Shown one piece after another: positions 1-11,768 of a stretch of 64,000 nt of DNA (position 1 is its first letter; every line of letters starts with the position of its first letter). This DNA is from Felis catus (lineage: Eukaryota). Location of the stretch: assembly GCF_018350175.1 (NCBI RefSeq), contig NC_058368.1, positions 222,644,001 through 222,708,000 on the forward strand, given 5' to 3'. The translations under genes were made by a program, and so were the position numbers. The notes beneath the pieces were generated by a model. That model ran no database searches, was not told the DNA's origin, and saw only the letters and a program-made list of their open reading frames with translations.

Positions 1-1464
1 CACATCCACCTGATCCCTCAACTCTAGCTAGAGACACACTTTAAGCAGAGTTCAGGCCACTGCATGGAAGGAACACGGGTCTCCTCTTCTTCTGCTCTGC
101 AGATTCCCTGTTGGATTTCCTGTTTCATTTCAGCTCTCCATTTGAACCTAGGAGAGTCAAGAGTTTATATACTTCTTGCACAAAGAAATTAGGTGACCAG
201 CTCTCCTCATTCTATTCCTAGAGCTCAGAAATGGTTTGGAAAAATTGTTGTGTCCCTTATGCTGACATTTTTAAAAAGCCTTTTATAATAGCCTACTAAT
301 TCACTGTCCTAACCACTTCTTGTATAAGAAGAATCCTGGGATTGGGAAATACACATTTTTCCCCTTTAATTTTTATATGGTGAAGTTCTCTTAAACTTTG
401 CTAAAAATTGTATAGCTCTTGCAGAGGCTTTGGGTGTCTTTCTTCTTCAGTTATATCAGATGGCCTTTGACTTTGACCCTGTGTAGTAGGGTTAGTACCT
501 TGGGAAGTAGGGGGGGATGTTTTGTAAATGACATTTTAATCTTACCCCAATATTGTTGGTATTCAAGACACCAGACTTATTTCCTATCTCAAAATATACC
601 ACTTGCTGGTTATAATGTGGTTTATTATGGCATATTTTCCTTGATGTTTATTACTATAGGATTCAAGGTTGCAGATAATAAAACCAGTTCAACTATTCTA
701 GCAGTAAGAGATTTAGTAAGGATAATATTTTTGTCACAGACTCACCAGGAGAGGTGAGAACCAGGCTGGGATTCTACATATTCAGAAACTATACGTTCAG
801 GAGAGGCAATTGAGATAATTTTGTCAACAACCACATGCAAACACTCTTCTAATAGAAATACCGCTTTACTTTGCTTGGCATCTAAAACGATAGGGGGTAG
901 AAACAAGAATTCTGCTTCTGCTATTCCCCCCGCCCCCCAAACAGACACATTCACTACCATGCTTGCTAGCAGATATGGTCTGCTGTATTAGGTACACCCT
1001 CTCACTTGGCTTGTTTCCACTTTCAAGTCTCATGAAGACATTTTGAGTGGCAGATAAAAAGACACAGCAACAAGTTATCTGAAGGTAAACCTAAAATATG
1101 CAGATTTGTACTTCAGTACAGGAAGACCTATAATACAGATGACCTGGAAAAGGAGTTTGACGAGATTGGGACGTGCGACTTTTACAGTAACATGTATCAA
1201 CTGTGGTCATCTATACTTGGAGTTTTAAAGAAGTTTGGTTTAACTCATCCGTTCTGCAACTCAGAAAAATGCAATGGCTCTCCAACATTTTGTGAATTTC
1301 TAAGGGTTTAATTCTCTTGGAAAACCCTTGTTTTGATACCCTGTTTCCATTAATCATCTATCTCATCTTCATTTCAACCCAAAACCTGAGATCTCCTTTT
1401 CCCTGAACTGACTCAGAATTGAATCAGTCCCAGTCACTCTGTATACCACACATGTTTGTATTTA

Positions 1465-1690
1465 TTTATTTTTTTTAATTTTTTCAACGTTTTTTATTTA
1501 TTTTTGGGACAGAGAGAGACAGAGCATGAACGGGTGAGGGGCAGACAGAGAGGGAGACACAGAATCGGAAACAGGCTCCAGGCTCCGAGCCATCAGCCCA
1601 GAGCCTGACGCAGGGCTTGAACTCCCGGACCGCGAGATTGTGACCTGGCTGAAGTCGGACGCTTAACCGACTGCGCCACCCAGGTGCCCC
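1465..1690 (-). mobile_element. CanSINE, young feline SINEC_Fc type
   Basis: Reverse complement of the GGGGC(A/G)CCTGGGTGGCGCAGTCGG head, CT-repeat body and A tail; perfect 15-bp TSD ACATGTTTGTATTTA at 1450-1464 and 1692-1706. Confidence 0.95.
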
Positions 1691-1939
1691 TACATGTTTG
1701 TATTTAAAAGATTATTCTGGTATTATCATCAGTTCCTTTAACCTAGCTCCTCTTCCCAACTGGTCTCTGATGCCATGTTGCTCTACCCAACCCTCTATTC
1801 CTCCCCTACTTCTCACCCAACCACACCTTCAAGTCCCCACTCAGTTCTTACTTCTCACCATTTACCTATCTCCTTGGATAACCATCGCTCTTTCAAGATA
1901 AACTCAGAGAACCTCAACTTTAAAAGAGGATGTGTTTCT

Positions 1940-2141
1940 GGGACACCTGGATGGCTCAGTTTGTTAAGCGTCCAACTCTTGGTTTCCGCTCTCATCATGG
2001 TATCACCGTTGGTGAGTCCGAGCCCTGAATCCAGCTTTCAGCTCTCAGAAGAGCCTGCTTCCTATCTTCTGTCTTCCTCTCCCTCTGACCCTCCCTGCTC
2101 CTGCTCTCATTCTTTCTCTCTCAAAAATAAACTTAAAAGCA
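1940..2141 (+). mobile_element. CanSINE, older diverged copy
   Basis: GGGACACCTGGATGGCTCAG head, CT-rich body, AATAAA; imperfect TSD AAAAGA(G/A)GAT(G/C)TGTTTC at 1922-1938 and 2142-2158. Confidence 0.9.
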
Positions 2142-2544
2142 AAAAGAAGATCTGTTTCAAAACTAGACAGTTCTCTTCTTAAAAATAACTGTATCTGTAT
2201 CTTAAAATAATGAATCAGCCCCAATACAGACATAATACCTCATGATCTAAATAATTCAATAAATTCGATAAGTTAAAAACCTCTTATTGAGTCTTTTCTA
2301 TATGCTAGTAATACAGATGCTTATTGTAAATGATAAAAAAAATATGAAATATAGTTCCCATTCAAAATTGTTAGCCTTTACAGAGCTAAAATAGATATGA
2401 GAACAAGTAACCTTAAAGGGATAGATAACAATAATACAAGACAACACAAAAGGTAGAGATGCTATGTACCACTAGAGTTTAGTAAAATTAAAATATTAAT
2501 ATGACAGTGAGAATGATTGTCATCGCCAAAGGAAAATATTTACT

Positions 2545-2769
2545 TTTTTTATGTTTATTTATTTTTGAGAGAGAGAGAGAGAGAGAGAGCAAGACAGAGT
2601 GTGTGCAGGGGAGGGGCAGAGAGAGAGGGAGACACAAAATCAGAAACAGGCTCCAGGCTCTGAGCTGCCAGCATAGAGCCCGAGGCGGGGCTGGAACTCA
2701 CAGACCGCGAGATCATGACCTGAGCCGAAGTCAGATGCTTTTTAAAAGACTGATCCACCCAGGTGCCCC
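2545..2769 (-). mobile_element. CanSINE
   Basis: T-rich tail, (GA)n, CanSINE body, ends CCAGGTGCCCC. Confidence 0.93.
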
Positions 2770-2812
2770 AGAATATATTCACTTTTTAACTTGTTTCTCC
2801 ACTGTATGCACA

Positions 2813-2814
2813 TT

Positions 2815-2888
<74 letters not shown>
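2813..2888. repeat. (TTTC)19 microsatellite forming the tail of a SINE
   Basis: Perfect tandem TTTC units. Confidence 0.95.
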
Positions 2889-2891
<3 letters not shown>

Positions 2892-3091
2892 TTACGTTTA
2901 TTTTTGAGACAGAGAGAGACAGAACATGAACGGGGGAGGGTCAGAGAAAGAAGGAGACACAGAATCTGAAGCAGGCTCCAGGCTCTGAGCTGTCAGCACA
3001 GAGCCCGATGTGGGGCTCGAAATCATGGACTGTGAGATCATGACCTGAGACGAAGTCGGATGCTTAACTGACTGAGCCACCCAGGTGGCCC
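2819..3091 (-). mobile_element. CanSINE with (GAAA)n-expanded tail
   Basis: CanSINE body ~2893-3091; TSD ACATTTCTT at 2810-2818 and 3095-3103. Confidence 0.93.
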
Positions 3092-3549
3092 TAGACATTT
3101 CTTAATAACATATTAATAAAGAAAATCTTTCTTCATAGGTTAATGTTTGATGTACACAAATCATATTTCAAAAGTAAGAGAAGCATTTTCAAAAATAAAA
3201 CAGTTGTATTTAATGTTTTGATGATTTGTGTGTTAACACATTATAAATACCTGCAAATAAGTTCTCTTTAAATGTACAAGTGCATATTATTTAATAAACA
3301 AAAAGCTTGTCGATATTCCAAAGATTAAACCTATTATTATGAATTATCAAAAATACAAATTCAAGAATTAAATTCACATTTCTCTACACTTAGTATAATT
3401 TCTAATTATTAAAAAAATAATTGGATTCAATAAGTAATACAGACTGAATATTTTCAATATACTCACGGTTTTAAAGGGCTTATATATTTATATAGAATCC
3501 TGTTTATCTCTTATATGAGAAGCATTTACCTTATTTTCATGTTTTAATA

Positions 3550-3657
3550 TTTGCTCTTTGAACCCTAGAACATGGTTCATTTCATCTTTGGATTCCCCAT
3601 TGTGTCTAGCATTCAGTTTTGCACGTAGAGTTCCTCAACATAAAATTATTCAAATAA
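3550..3657 (+). mobile_element. L2 3' end fragment
   Basis: Degenerate match to the L2 terminus (CATCTTTG..TCCCCA..GTCTAGCA...GCACGTAGAGTTCCTCAA). Confidence 0.45.
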
Positions 3658-4385
3658 TGGGAAACATACAGGAGAAAATAATCAACGGTTGAAAAGGAAG
3701 ACGGACAGAGTTGATCCTTGTATTTCATTCACTGGTCATCTTCATTATTGTAATTGATCCTAAGGGACCACAATACACAACATAGAACTACTTTTCTCAT
3801 ACTTTTTCACGCTGGCTTCTTTACACTTTTATTTTCAGGATTTCTCCTGTCAATTCTCAGTGTCCTTCAATGACTTTTCCATAAGGATCACTTTTCAAAT
3901 GTCGGAGTTCTCCATGTTTCTGCTTTTGGTCCTTTTATCTTTGTATTCGACATGTCATTTTCTGGATTCTCTTGGCTGTGGCAAATGTTTATCTATATCT
4001 CCATCCTTTGTACAGATAATTGTCCTAGGTAACAAAAGTTCAAATAGTAAACACTGGAGTCTCTACCTGTATGTCCATGGTAAGAATCGGCAAAATGATT
4101 TCCAAAACCCAGATGTACCTTCTGCTCACATCACCATTAAGCATTATAATGAACCATAATTAATCATTGTCTTCACACATACCCCACATTCAATAATTGA
4201 AGTCCTGCATATTTTATCCCCTTAAAACTGCTTAAACATTTTCATTCATCTCCATCCCCCCAGCTAATGCATTTGTAAATTCTCCCCTTATCACTTTTGC
4301 CCCTGAATATTCTTTCTAAAATATTATTAGTAGTATTAATATTTTTATTATTTCTTAAAGTATTTCATTCTAAAAGATTCTTTCC

Positions 4386-4580
4386 GGGGTGCCAGGGGGG
4401 GCCCAGTCAGTTAAACCTCTGCTTTGGTTCCGGTTGTGATCTCATGGTTTGTGGGTTCAAGCCTTGCATCAGGCTCTCTGCTGTCAGCGCAAAGCCCACT
4501 TCAGATCCTCTGTTTCCTTCTCTCTCTGCCCCTCCCCTGCTCACGCTCTCCCTCTCCCTCAAAAAATAAACATTGAAAAA
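4386..4580 (+). mobile_element. CanSINE
   Basis: Head GGGGTGCCAGGG, CT body, AATAAACATT-A tail; TSD AAAAGATTCT at 4372-4381 and 4581-4590. Confidence 0.92.
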
Positions 4581-4625
4581 AAAAGATTCTAAAGTATATC
4601 ATTTTCATGATTTCATTTCTTCAAT

Positions 4626-4646
4626 TTTTTAAACCATTATTTATTT

Positions 4647-4699
<53 letters not shown>

Positions 4700-4867
4700 A
4701 TGTACCAGTGGGAGAGGGACAGAGAGAGAAAGGGAGAGAATCCCAAGAAGACTCTGTGCTGTCAGTGCAGATCCTTACCTGGGACTCGATCTCACAAACC
4801 ATAAGATCATGACCTGTGCTGAAATTAAGAGTCAGATGCTCAACAAACTGAGCCACACAGGCAACCT
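4626..4867 (-). mobile_element. CanSINE with long (GA)n
   Basis: CanSINE body; TSD ATTTCTTCAAT at 4615-4625 and 4869-4879. Confidence 0.92.
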
Positions 4868-5289
4868 TATTTCTTCAATATTTAAACAAAATTATAGGGG
4901 AAAGTTGTAATATCAACAGTAAAAACATGATCCTGCCTTCATTGTTTTCTCTCCTTCTGATCTCCTTTTAACATGGAATGCCAAATGATTCCTAATTGTC
5001 ACTTCCTACCTTTGTAACCATCTAGCTATTCCCACTGCAACACCTTATTTTTTATCTTTAAAAGCTTGTGAACCTGAATTAAGCTCCAATATTCTCTCTT
5101 TTTATTTTGTGCTTTGAAAATGTATTTCTTCTCCCATTTGAAATCTTCTGACATATAATGTTCCTTCTGTTCATCATGTCTGCATGTTCAACTTTGAATA
5201 TTATTAGACTTTTTTATTTCCATGATTCTTAGTGCTCTGTATACCATTTTATTGTAGAAGTTACTCATATTAAAAGTTAAAATTCTATA

Positions 5290-5496
5290 TTTTTAAAATT
5301 TTTTAAAAATTTTATTTTTGAGAGACAGAGTGTGAGTGGGGGAGGGGCAGAGAGAGAAGGAGACACTGAATCCAAAGCAGGTTCCGGACTCTGAACTGTC
5401 AGCACAGAGCAGAGGTGGGGCTCCAACGCATGAGCCAAGAGATCATGACCTGAGCTGAAGTCAGAGGCTCAACCGACTGAGCCACTCAAGCGCCCC
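5290..5496 (-). mobile_element. CanSINE
   Basis: CanSINE body ending CAAGCGCCCC; AATTCT on both flanks. Confidence 0.92.
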
Positions 5497-6421
5497 AATT
5501 CTGTAAGTTTTATGTACTTACAGATACATATGTTTTCATTAGGTCAACATGGACACAAAAGAAATTCTACTTAAGTATTTAAATGTATCTCCTAGTAGGC
5601 TGTTTGGAACATTAAGGTGTTTGCACTAAGTAAGTGAATTCACAGCATAATGTGTGCCAAATGGGTAACTCTTTACTTTTGCTTTCAAAGAAATAACACC
5701 TTCCTGTTTGTCAGTCCTAAATCCCCCGTGAAAGCCATGGACTCCACCTTTCCGTTTCCTTCATGCCCTTGATAAATGGCGCATCTCTCTCTCGCTTGGT
5801 TCCTCAAGTCATCTCTTTCAATAGGTTCTTTCCCTTATTTATATACAGAAATATGCTCTTGACCACCAATTATAAAACCACTTGAACTCTGCAAGACGTT
5901 AGACTCCCCCCTCCTCCTTTCCTCCTCCCAGACTTTCCATCTCTCTCTGTTCCTTTTCCTGCCTAATTTCTTGTAGAAGAAACCAAGTCTTTGCTTTCTA
6001 TTAATCCCTTAATATCTGAAAACAGCTCAGAAAATTCGTGCAATCTTACAGATCGGTGCCTCTAGAAATTCATGGCTTTCTGGTTCAGGAAGACCCTCAG
6101 AGAAGCTAAGTCAAACTTTCCCTTCGGCTTGGGAATGTCCCCAGTGTAACCTAGCTCAGCACTCCTGGTCCACACAGCTCTGCACTAGCCCTCCTCTCTT
6201 TACCTCCTATGGGTCATCTATACTCTCACACATGGCTCCCGTGGTTTCTGACCTTGAGAACCTGAGCTTCCTGTCCTCATCTCCAACCCTTTGACCCAAT
6301 AGCTTTGATTTCATTTATTTTTGCCTCCCCTACCTGTTCCAATTATATGACCCACAAATCAACATCCAGATTACTATTTTCTATTATATTACCGATGAGT
6401 TCCTGAAAACTCAACATTGTT

Positions 6422-6612
6422 AAGAGATACAGGCTTTGAAATTCAACAGACACTTACTAGTTGTGGGTTATTGGGACAAGGTAATTAATCTCTTCAAACT
6501 TCAGTATCTTTAGATGTAAAATAGGATAATGTCTATTCCACAGAGTGTTAAATGAGATAAGGTTTGCACAATTATTAGCTCAGAGCTTACCATGTATTGA
6601 GTACTCAATGAC
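6422..6612 (+). mobile_element. MIR SINE
   Basis: Degenerate MIR core (ACTTACTAGTTGTG...CTTCAGTATCTTTAGATGTAAAATAGGATAAT...TTAAATGAGATAA...GTACTCAAT). Confidence 0.7.
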
Positions 6613-7121
6613 TCCAAAAAGGGAAATTATTTTATTGTCATTCATTGAATAACTTATACATGTCAGGCATAATTCTAAAAAATATGAAAGAAGAAATGTT
6701 GGACAAATCCAATTCTTTACCTTCATGTAGCTGTCGTTGTAGGAAACTGCATGAAACAAAAAAGGAAACGTATTAAGAAATTAAGAAAGAATGATTTCTA
6801 TAACACAAAGAAATGAAGAAGAAATGAGTGTGCCATATGTAATTTGCCCTTTTTTTAGTTACCCATCTTAGTTGAAAAATAATTCTTCCTAAGTTGCACC
6901 TCTCCTTGGCATGTTTCAAGTCATGTAGAGACTCTATTTTGGAATATCTTTCTATATTAGTTCATTTTGCTCATTCCCACCATGAACACACTGGTTCTCA
7001 TTTCATTTTCCTGAGGTCTCTCTAGTGGTTGTTAGCTCTCACCAGAGTTCTATTCCAGTAAAAACTACAACTTTTATTAGATTGAGGTTCCCATAGCTCA
7101 GTTCAAATTTTATCACTTTCT

Positions 7122-7124
<3 letters not shown>

Positions 7125-7167
<43 letters not shown>

Positions 7168-7319
7168 TATATAATGATATACATATTTTAAATATATATA
7201 TTTTAAATTATATATCTATAATGATATACATATTTTAAATATATATATTTTAAATTATATATCTATATCTGTATCTATATCTATATCTATATCTATATCT
7301 ATATCTATATCTATATCTA
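7125..7319. repeat. Compound AT-rich repeat: (TA)n, two 47-bp units, (TATATC)n
   Basis: 47-bp unit ATAATGATATACATATTTTAAATATATATATTTTAAATTATATATCT at 7171-7217 and 7218-7264. Confidence 0.9.
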
Positions 7320-7584
7320 ATTTAAAAGGCTCCCAATTACCCAACTACTCTCAGCCTAGCATCCAAGATCCTCCATATTTTTCCCTTCTTTCCAGTCCTG
7401 CCTCCCAGGCACTGAGTGTTTTGGGCCACCCATCCCACTTTGCCCTCTATTTCCATCTCCCACTTCCTTTGCCTCTGTAGTTTTACTTAAGTTTCCCTCT
7501 CCCCTCTGTTGAGGTTTTTTTTCCTATGCATATGAAATCTTTTTTTATTCTCTCTGATAAGAATCATTACAAATTCCATGTTTT

Positions 7585-7788
7585 ATATGTTTGTTTTGTG
7601 TTAATGTTTATTTATTTAGAGACAGAGAGGAAGCAGAGGAGGGGCAGAGAGAGAGAAAGAGGGAGAGAGAATCCCGAGCAAGTTCTGCGTTGTCAGCGCA
7701 GAGCCCCATTCCGTGAGATCTGTGAGATCATGACCTGAGCTGAAATGAATAGTCAGATGCCCGACCAACTGAGCCACCCAGGCACCCC
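7585..7788 (-). mobile_element. CanSINE with internal deletion
   Basis: Ends CCAGGCACCCC; imperfect TSD ACAAAT(TCC/ACT)ATGTTTT at 7569-7584 and 7789-7804. Confidence 0.9.
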
Positions 7789-7939
7789 ACAAATACTATG
7801 TTTTTTTACAAGGTCTTTCTGATATCCTAGAGGAGGTATGATCTTGCTTTTGAGTACCTGTTGCTCTCTGAACTGCTGATAAAAAAGGCATTAATCACTC
7901 TCCCTTGTATTTTGTTTACTTGAGAACTCCTTATCTACC

Positions 7940-8105
7940 AACCAGCTTGTAAGCTCCTGGAAGATTGACTACTACTACAGTTAATTTGAAAATACCAAGA
8001 ACACAAAGAGGACTGCTCTCTCTGCTTTACTTAATTACTTTTCTATTATTGAGAGTACAAGGTCTGATACAAAGAGTTGCTCAATAAATATTTGCTGAAC
8101 AGAGT
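7940..8105 (+). mobile_element. L2 3' end fragment
   Basis: TGTAAGCTCCTGGA and terminal GCTCAATAAATATTTGCTGAA motifs. Confidence 0.55.
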
Positions 8106-8421
8106 CAATTAAATCAAGGAACTTCACCTCTAATAAGTGTTACAACACTTTATAATTTGGACTTTAATTGAGTGTAACTCCATGATCATACATACCATTT
8201 GGCCTCTCTCGTCTTCATTTACAAGACACCTTAGCACATATTATTTGTTGTTATTTGTATTATATGATGTTGAAGGTTGGAAATGCAGTGACTACTGCCT
8301 GGAATTTAATTCCAACTGGGAGTTGAGGTACGGTTAAGCATTCCTCTACAATTTACTTTAATGAGTGCAGTAATGTATTATTACAAAGAAAAAGTAACTA
8401 AAAGGTTGGTTGACCAAGCAG

Positions 8422-8923
8422 TGTGAAATTGAGATAAGCAACCGTCTTCTCATTAGAAATTAAACATGACTGCACTTGTAGGATTTGGTTTAAATGCCGG
8501 AGGAGGTCATCCAGAGGACAGTCCAGATGTGACGGCAGGTCAACCCGCAAGCTTGACCCGGGCAATCTGGGAGGCTCCTATCACCGCTGTCCTTTAAAGG
8601 TCTGTTCTGCCCATCATTCCCTTAGCAGGAACTGTTTTTGAGGATGCAGACTTGAGAAAGCAATGTGTTGTTGAGAGCATAATTGCACTCAGTTAAAGCC
8701 TCATATAAACTTGCTAGATTCTAGCAGGCATTCGTGGAGATTTATTTGCCTTGTGGCCCCTGAAGACAAACCTTTGTAAATTCCCTTGCCTTTTTTCTTT
8801 CTTTTTTTTTTTTTTTTTAAGTTCCCTTGCTTATTAAACCTGCAACCTACCACCTGGAGTGACCTACCTCTTTCTTTGGTTTTTCCTTATGCTCTGTGTT
8901 CAGGGACCAATTTGCAAGCCACA
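8422..8923 (+). mobile_element. Probable solo ERV LTR, family not assigned
   Basis: Begins TGTGA, ends CACA; TATA-like CATATAAA ~8702 then ATTAAA 8833-8838 and a pyrimidine-rich U5-like end; no clear TSD. Confidence 0.4.
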
Positions 8924-9714
8924 GTGGACCCCAAATGCCCCCCTCTCCTTCCCTCCCCAGCCCCTCCTGGAGCATGTGGGAAATGAAAAACCCGTCCGCT
9001 GTTCAATGGTTTGTTTTGTGCTTTTTTATTGTGGTCACTTAGAGCAGTTTAGTGGGGAATGGTGAATGTGTCCCTTTAAGAAGAAAATCTCCTTAACCTT
9101 GAAGGGATGAATCAGGTGTGAAATGCTCTATTTGATACATTCGGAGGGATCCTTTTGTAGATTTGTGCTTTAAAATTGAAAAACATACACTGAAGTTTGA
9201 CTCAGGCTCTAGTTCAAAAATATCTACAAACACCACCCCTCTTATGAGAAACAAAATGGTAGGTCATATTTTTCTAGAATAAAAGGAATACTTTTTAAAT
9301 ATCAATCAACATAATGGAGGGTTCTTTAACTACTCCAATCTATTCAGGCTAATGAAGGCATCATTTTTTCTAGCAAAAAGCATTTGTCACTGTATGCAAT
9401 TTTGCTCCTGATTTTCTTCTTATATATTTGAATTAGAAAGATTTCATCAGAATGCATCTCTGTAGCAATTTGTAAATAATGATGAATAGCAGGTGTATAA
9501 TTTTAAATTACCAGAAGCAGGATAAGAAGGGGTGAATTTTAAAAATGCTAAAATCTGCGATAACACTAAACTTGCTTTGAGCCTCTGCCCTCTCAAACCC
9601 TATCTCTCAGGGAGATAAAATAATGAAAAATACTTCCCTAAACTGCTGGCAAAACTCTTATTGTTTGTACCACTCTTGGAAAAGACTCTTGGGACGAGCA
9701 GAGGAATCCTTGCT

Positions 9715-9740
9715 ATTGATTGGCTGGTTAAATAGAGGAC
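9715..9740 (+). promoter_or_regulatory. Putative Pol II promoter elements
   Basis: Inverted CCAAT box GATTGGCT at 9718-9725 (reverse complement AGCCAATC, NF-Y-like) next to TATA-like TTAAATAG at 9728-9735, in SINE-free unique sequence upstream of a splice donor. Confidence 0.5.
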
Positions 9741-9759
9741 TATTAGCTTCAGACAGGCT

Positions 9760-9826
9760 AGATTGATTATACAGCAGCAGCAGCGGGAGCTGGGACTCAG
9801 AGCTGAGTGAGCGTCAGGGTGAAAAG

Positions 9827-9893
<67 letters not shown>

Positions 9894-10189
9894 GAGAGAG
9901 GCAAGGTGGGGAGAAAGCAGTGCACGTTCCATAGCATCACTGTGTGACTGCTGGTGCCGATTAGGATTAGCTTGCTTTCTCGCTTTCTCAGTCAACAACT
10001 TACTGAGATGCCTTTTCTTTTACAAGAGGCTGTCAGCGCCGAGCCCCAGCAAGAAATAAAAGACTTCACCTTGGAATAGTTCATCTCACTCCGGCATCAT
10101 TAAAGAGGATTTTGAAAAGAAAACAAAAATCACATCCTTCCCAGCCCCACTTTGTTCCAGGATCGAACAGACACAGTTGCACGCTTCAG
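9760..10189 (+). other. Putative non-coding 5' (UTR) exon of an unidentified gene; start approximate
   Basis: Locally higher GC/CpG, (CAG)4 at 9772-9783, non-SINE GA tract, ends at donor CAG|GTAAGG (GT at 10190-10191); no CanSINE between 7.8 and 15.8 kb. Confidence 0.55.
9821..9901. repeat. 81-nt pure polypurine / (GA)n tract
   Basis: No pyrimidine from 9821 to 9901; not embedded in a SINE. Confidence 0.95.
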
Positions 10190-11768
10190 GTAAGGAAATT
10201 AAATTTTTATCTCTGGATTCGTTTTTAGTCATTCGCAGTAAAATATAGCCTAGCCTTGCATGTTTTAAAAACTGAGTTTTCAGGGATGTGTTAGACTCAA
10301 TGCCATGCATAGGCATGTGGATTTAGAAATGTGCTGATACATGTTTAGAGGTATATATTTGCTGTTTTATCTCCAGGTACATAGAAATTTTATTTATAAG
10401 ATCACTAGCTGTTAAGTTTATAGAGCAGATATTCTGTATGGAAAAAAAAAAGAAAAGAAAAGAAAAGGAAGCAAAGTCCATACTCAAAGGAGCATTTCTG
10501 GTGACAGCCTTAAAATATGTTCACATATACTGTTCTTAGCTGTGAAACAACTTTGGGGAAATAACAGCATATCACAAAAGGACCATCACTGTGTTAAGTA
10601 TGTACTATTCAATTTCATGCAGACATAGAGGCTACAATGTTTTCAGTGATTGTCAGTTGTTACTGTTTTTTTTTTTTTTCCTGAACCTGTCATTCACAGT
10701 CTTAACACTCTTCAACATAAACATGATGTGTCCTAAATGATGTGACATTAGACTGCCATCTTATTATGGCTAAGTTATTGATGGTTAGCATTTGGTCTTA
10801 AGAAAGTACTGAGCTTGGGCAAAGAAATATGACTCTGGAGATGTTTAGCTATTCTACAGTCCATGGCTGAGCTGCAGTTCCATCAATTAATATTAAGTGT
10901 CAGTGATGGCATATGCTGGTAAAGTGTCTGTGAACATGCAGAAACTTTGCACATGTTGAAATCTCTTCTGCGAACAGTATTTTTTTTTTTCCATGAGGAA
11001 AGCGACTGGATGGCATAGGGAAAACAGGCTGGGGCAATGCAGTACTGATGTAGTTGATTGACCTTAGGTTTACAGTTCGACTGCTAAAGAGGCAGCATTG
11101 TGATAGAAGATGAACGTGACGAACTCCGTCCTTGCTGGAACTCAAATGGTCTATGATATTTTTGGTGTAAATTTATTTGCTTTTGGGTCAGTGAAGACAG
11201 ATATTTTATCCCGAGCTGCTCTGATTGTGTTTTTGAGTGAAGTTCCCTGAGTCACTAATCAAAAATCAAACTGCCAGCTGGGACAAGTCGGCAAAACTTT
11301 TTAGTATGTTGTTCAGTGGTTCAAATAATAAGATTCCAATACTCTTGGGAATCAACCTAGCTGAAGTTAGGAATATTACATACTCTGAATGTCTATATGT
11401 GTGTCTGTGTTTAACCCTTGCTTATATATTAAATATACATATTTAAGGAACGCAAATGTTCATGAACTCTATTTTGTCTTCTCAATGTGGAATGTTTTAA
11501 TGCTTCGTGATAACATAAATAGTATATTTATCCAGATATTTACATTTATATCACCAATATCAGAAGGGAATAATTGTTATAAATTTTGTAAAGTACAGTT
11601 TGTCTAAAAGAATAGGAACGTGTATTGAAGAATATTGCATATGTTTGTCTTTGAATTCAGTCATTTGAGAAAACAATTATATTCATGTCTTTTGAGTATT
11701 ATCTTTGAAAAATTAATATCACACTATTGACTGAGGAAGGTGGCAGGTACTTTAGACCATACTTCCAA

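Noticed and set aside
740..960. Minus-strand exon or ORF ending at donor CTG|GTGAGT (746/745)
   Set aside because: The donor is good but the acceptor is weak, the peptide is unrecognisable and no partner exons are evident; such motifs occur by chance in 64 kb.
9760..10189. Assigning a gene symbol to the putative first exon
   Set aside because: No coding sequence lies in the window and I do not reliably recognise the UTR; a BLAST search is needed.
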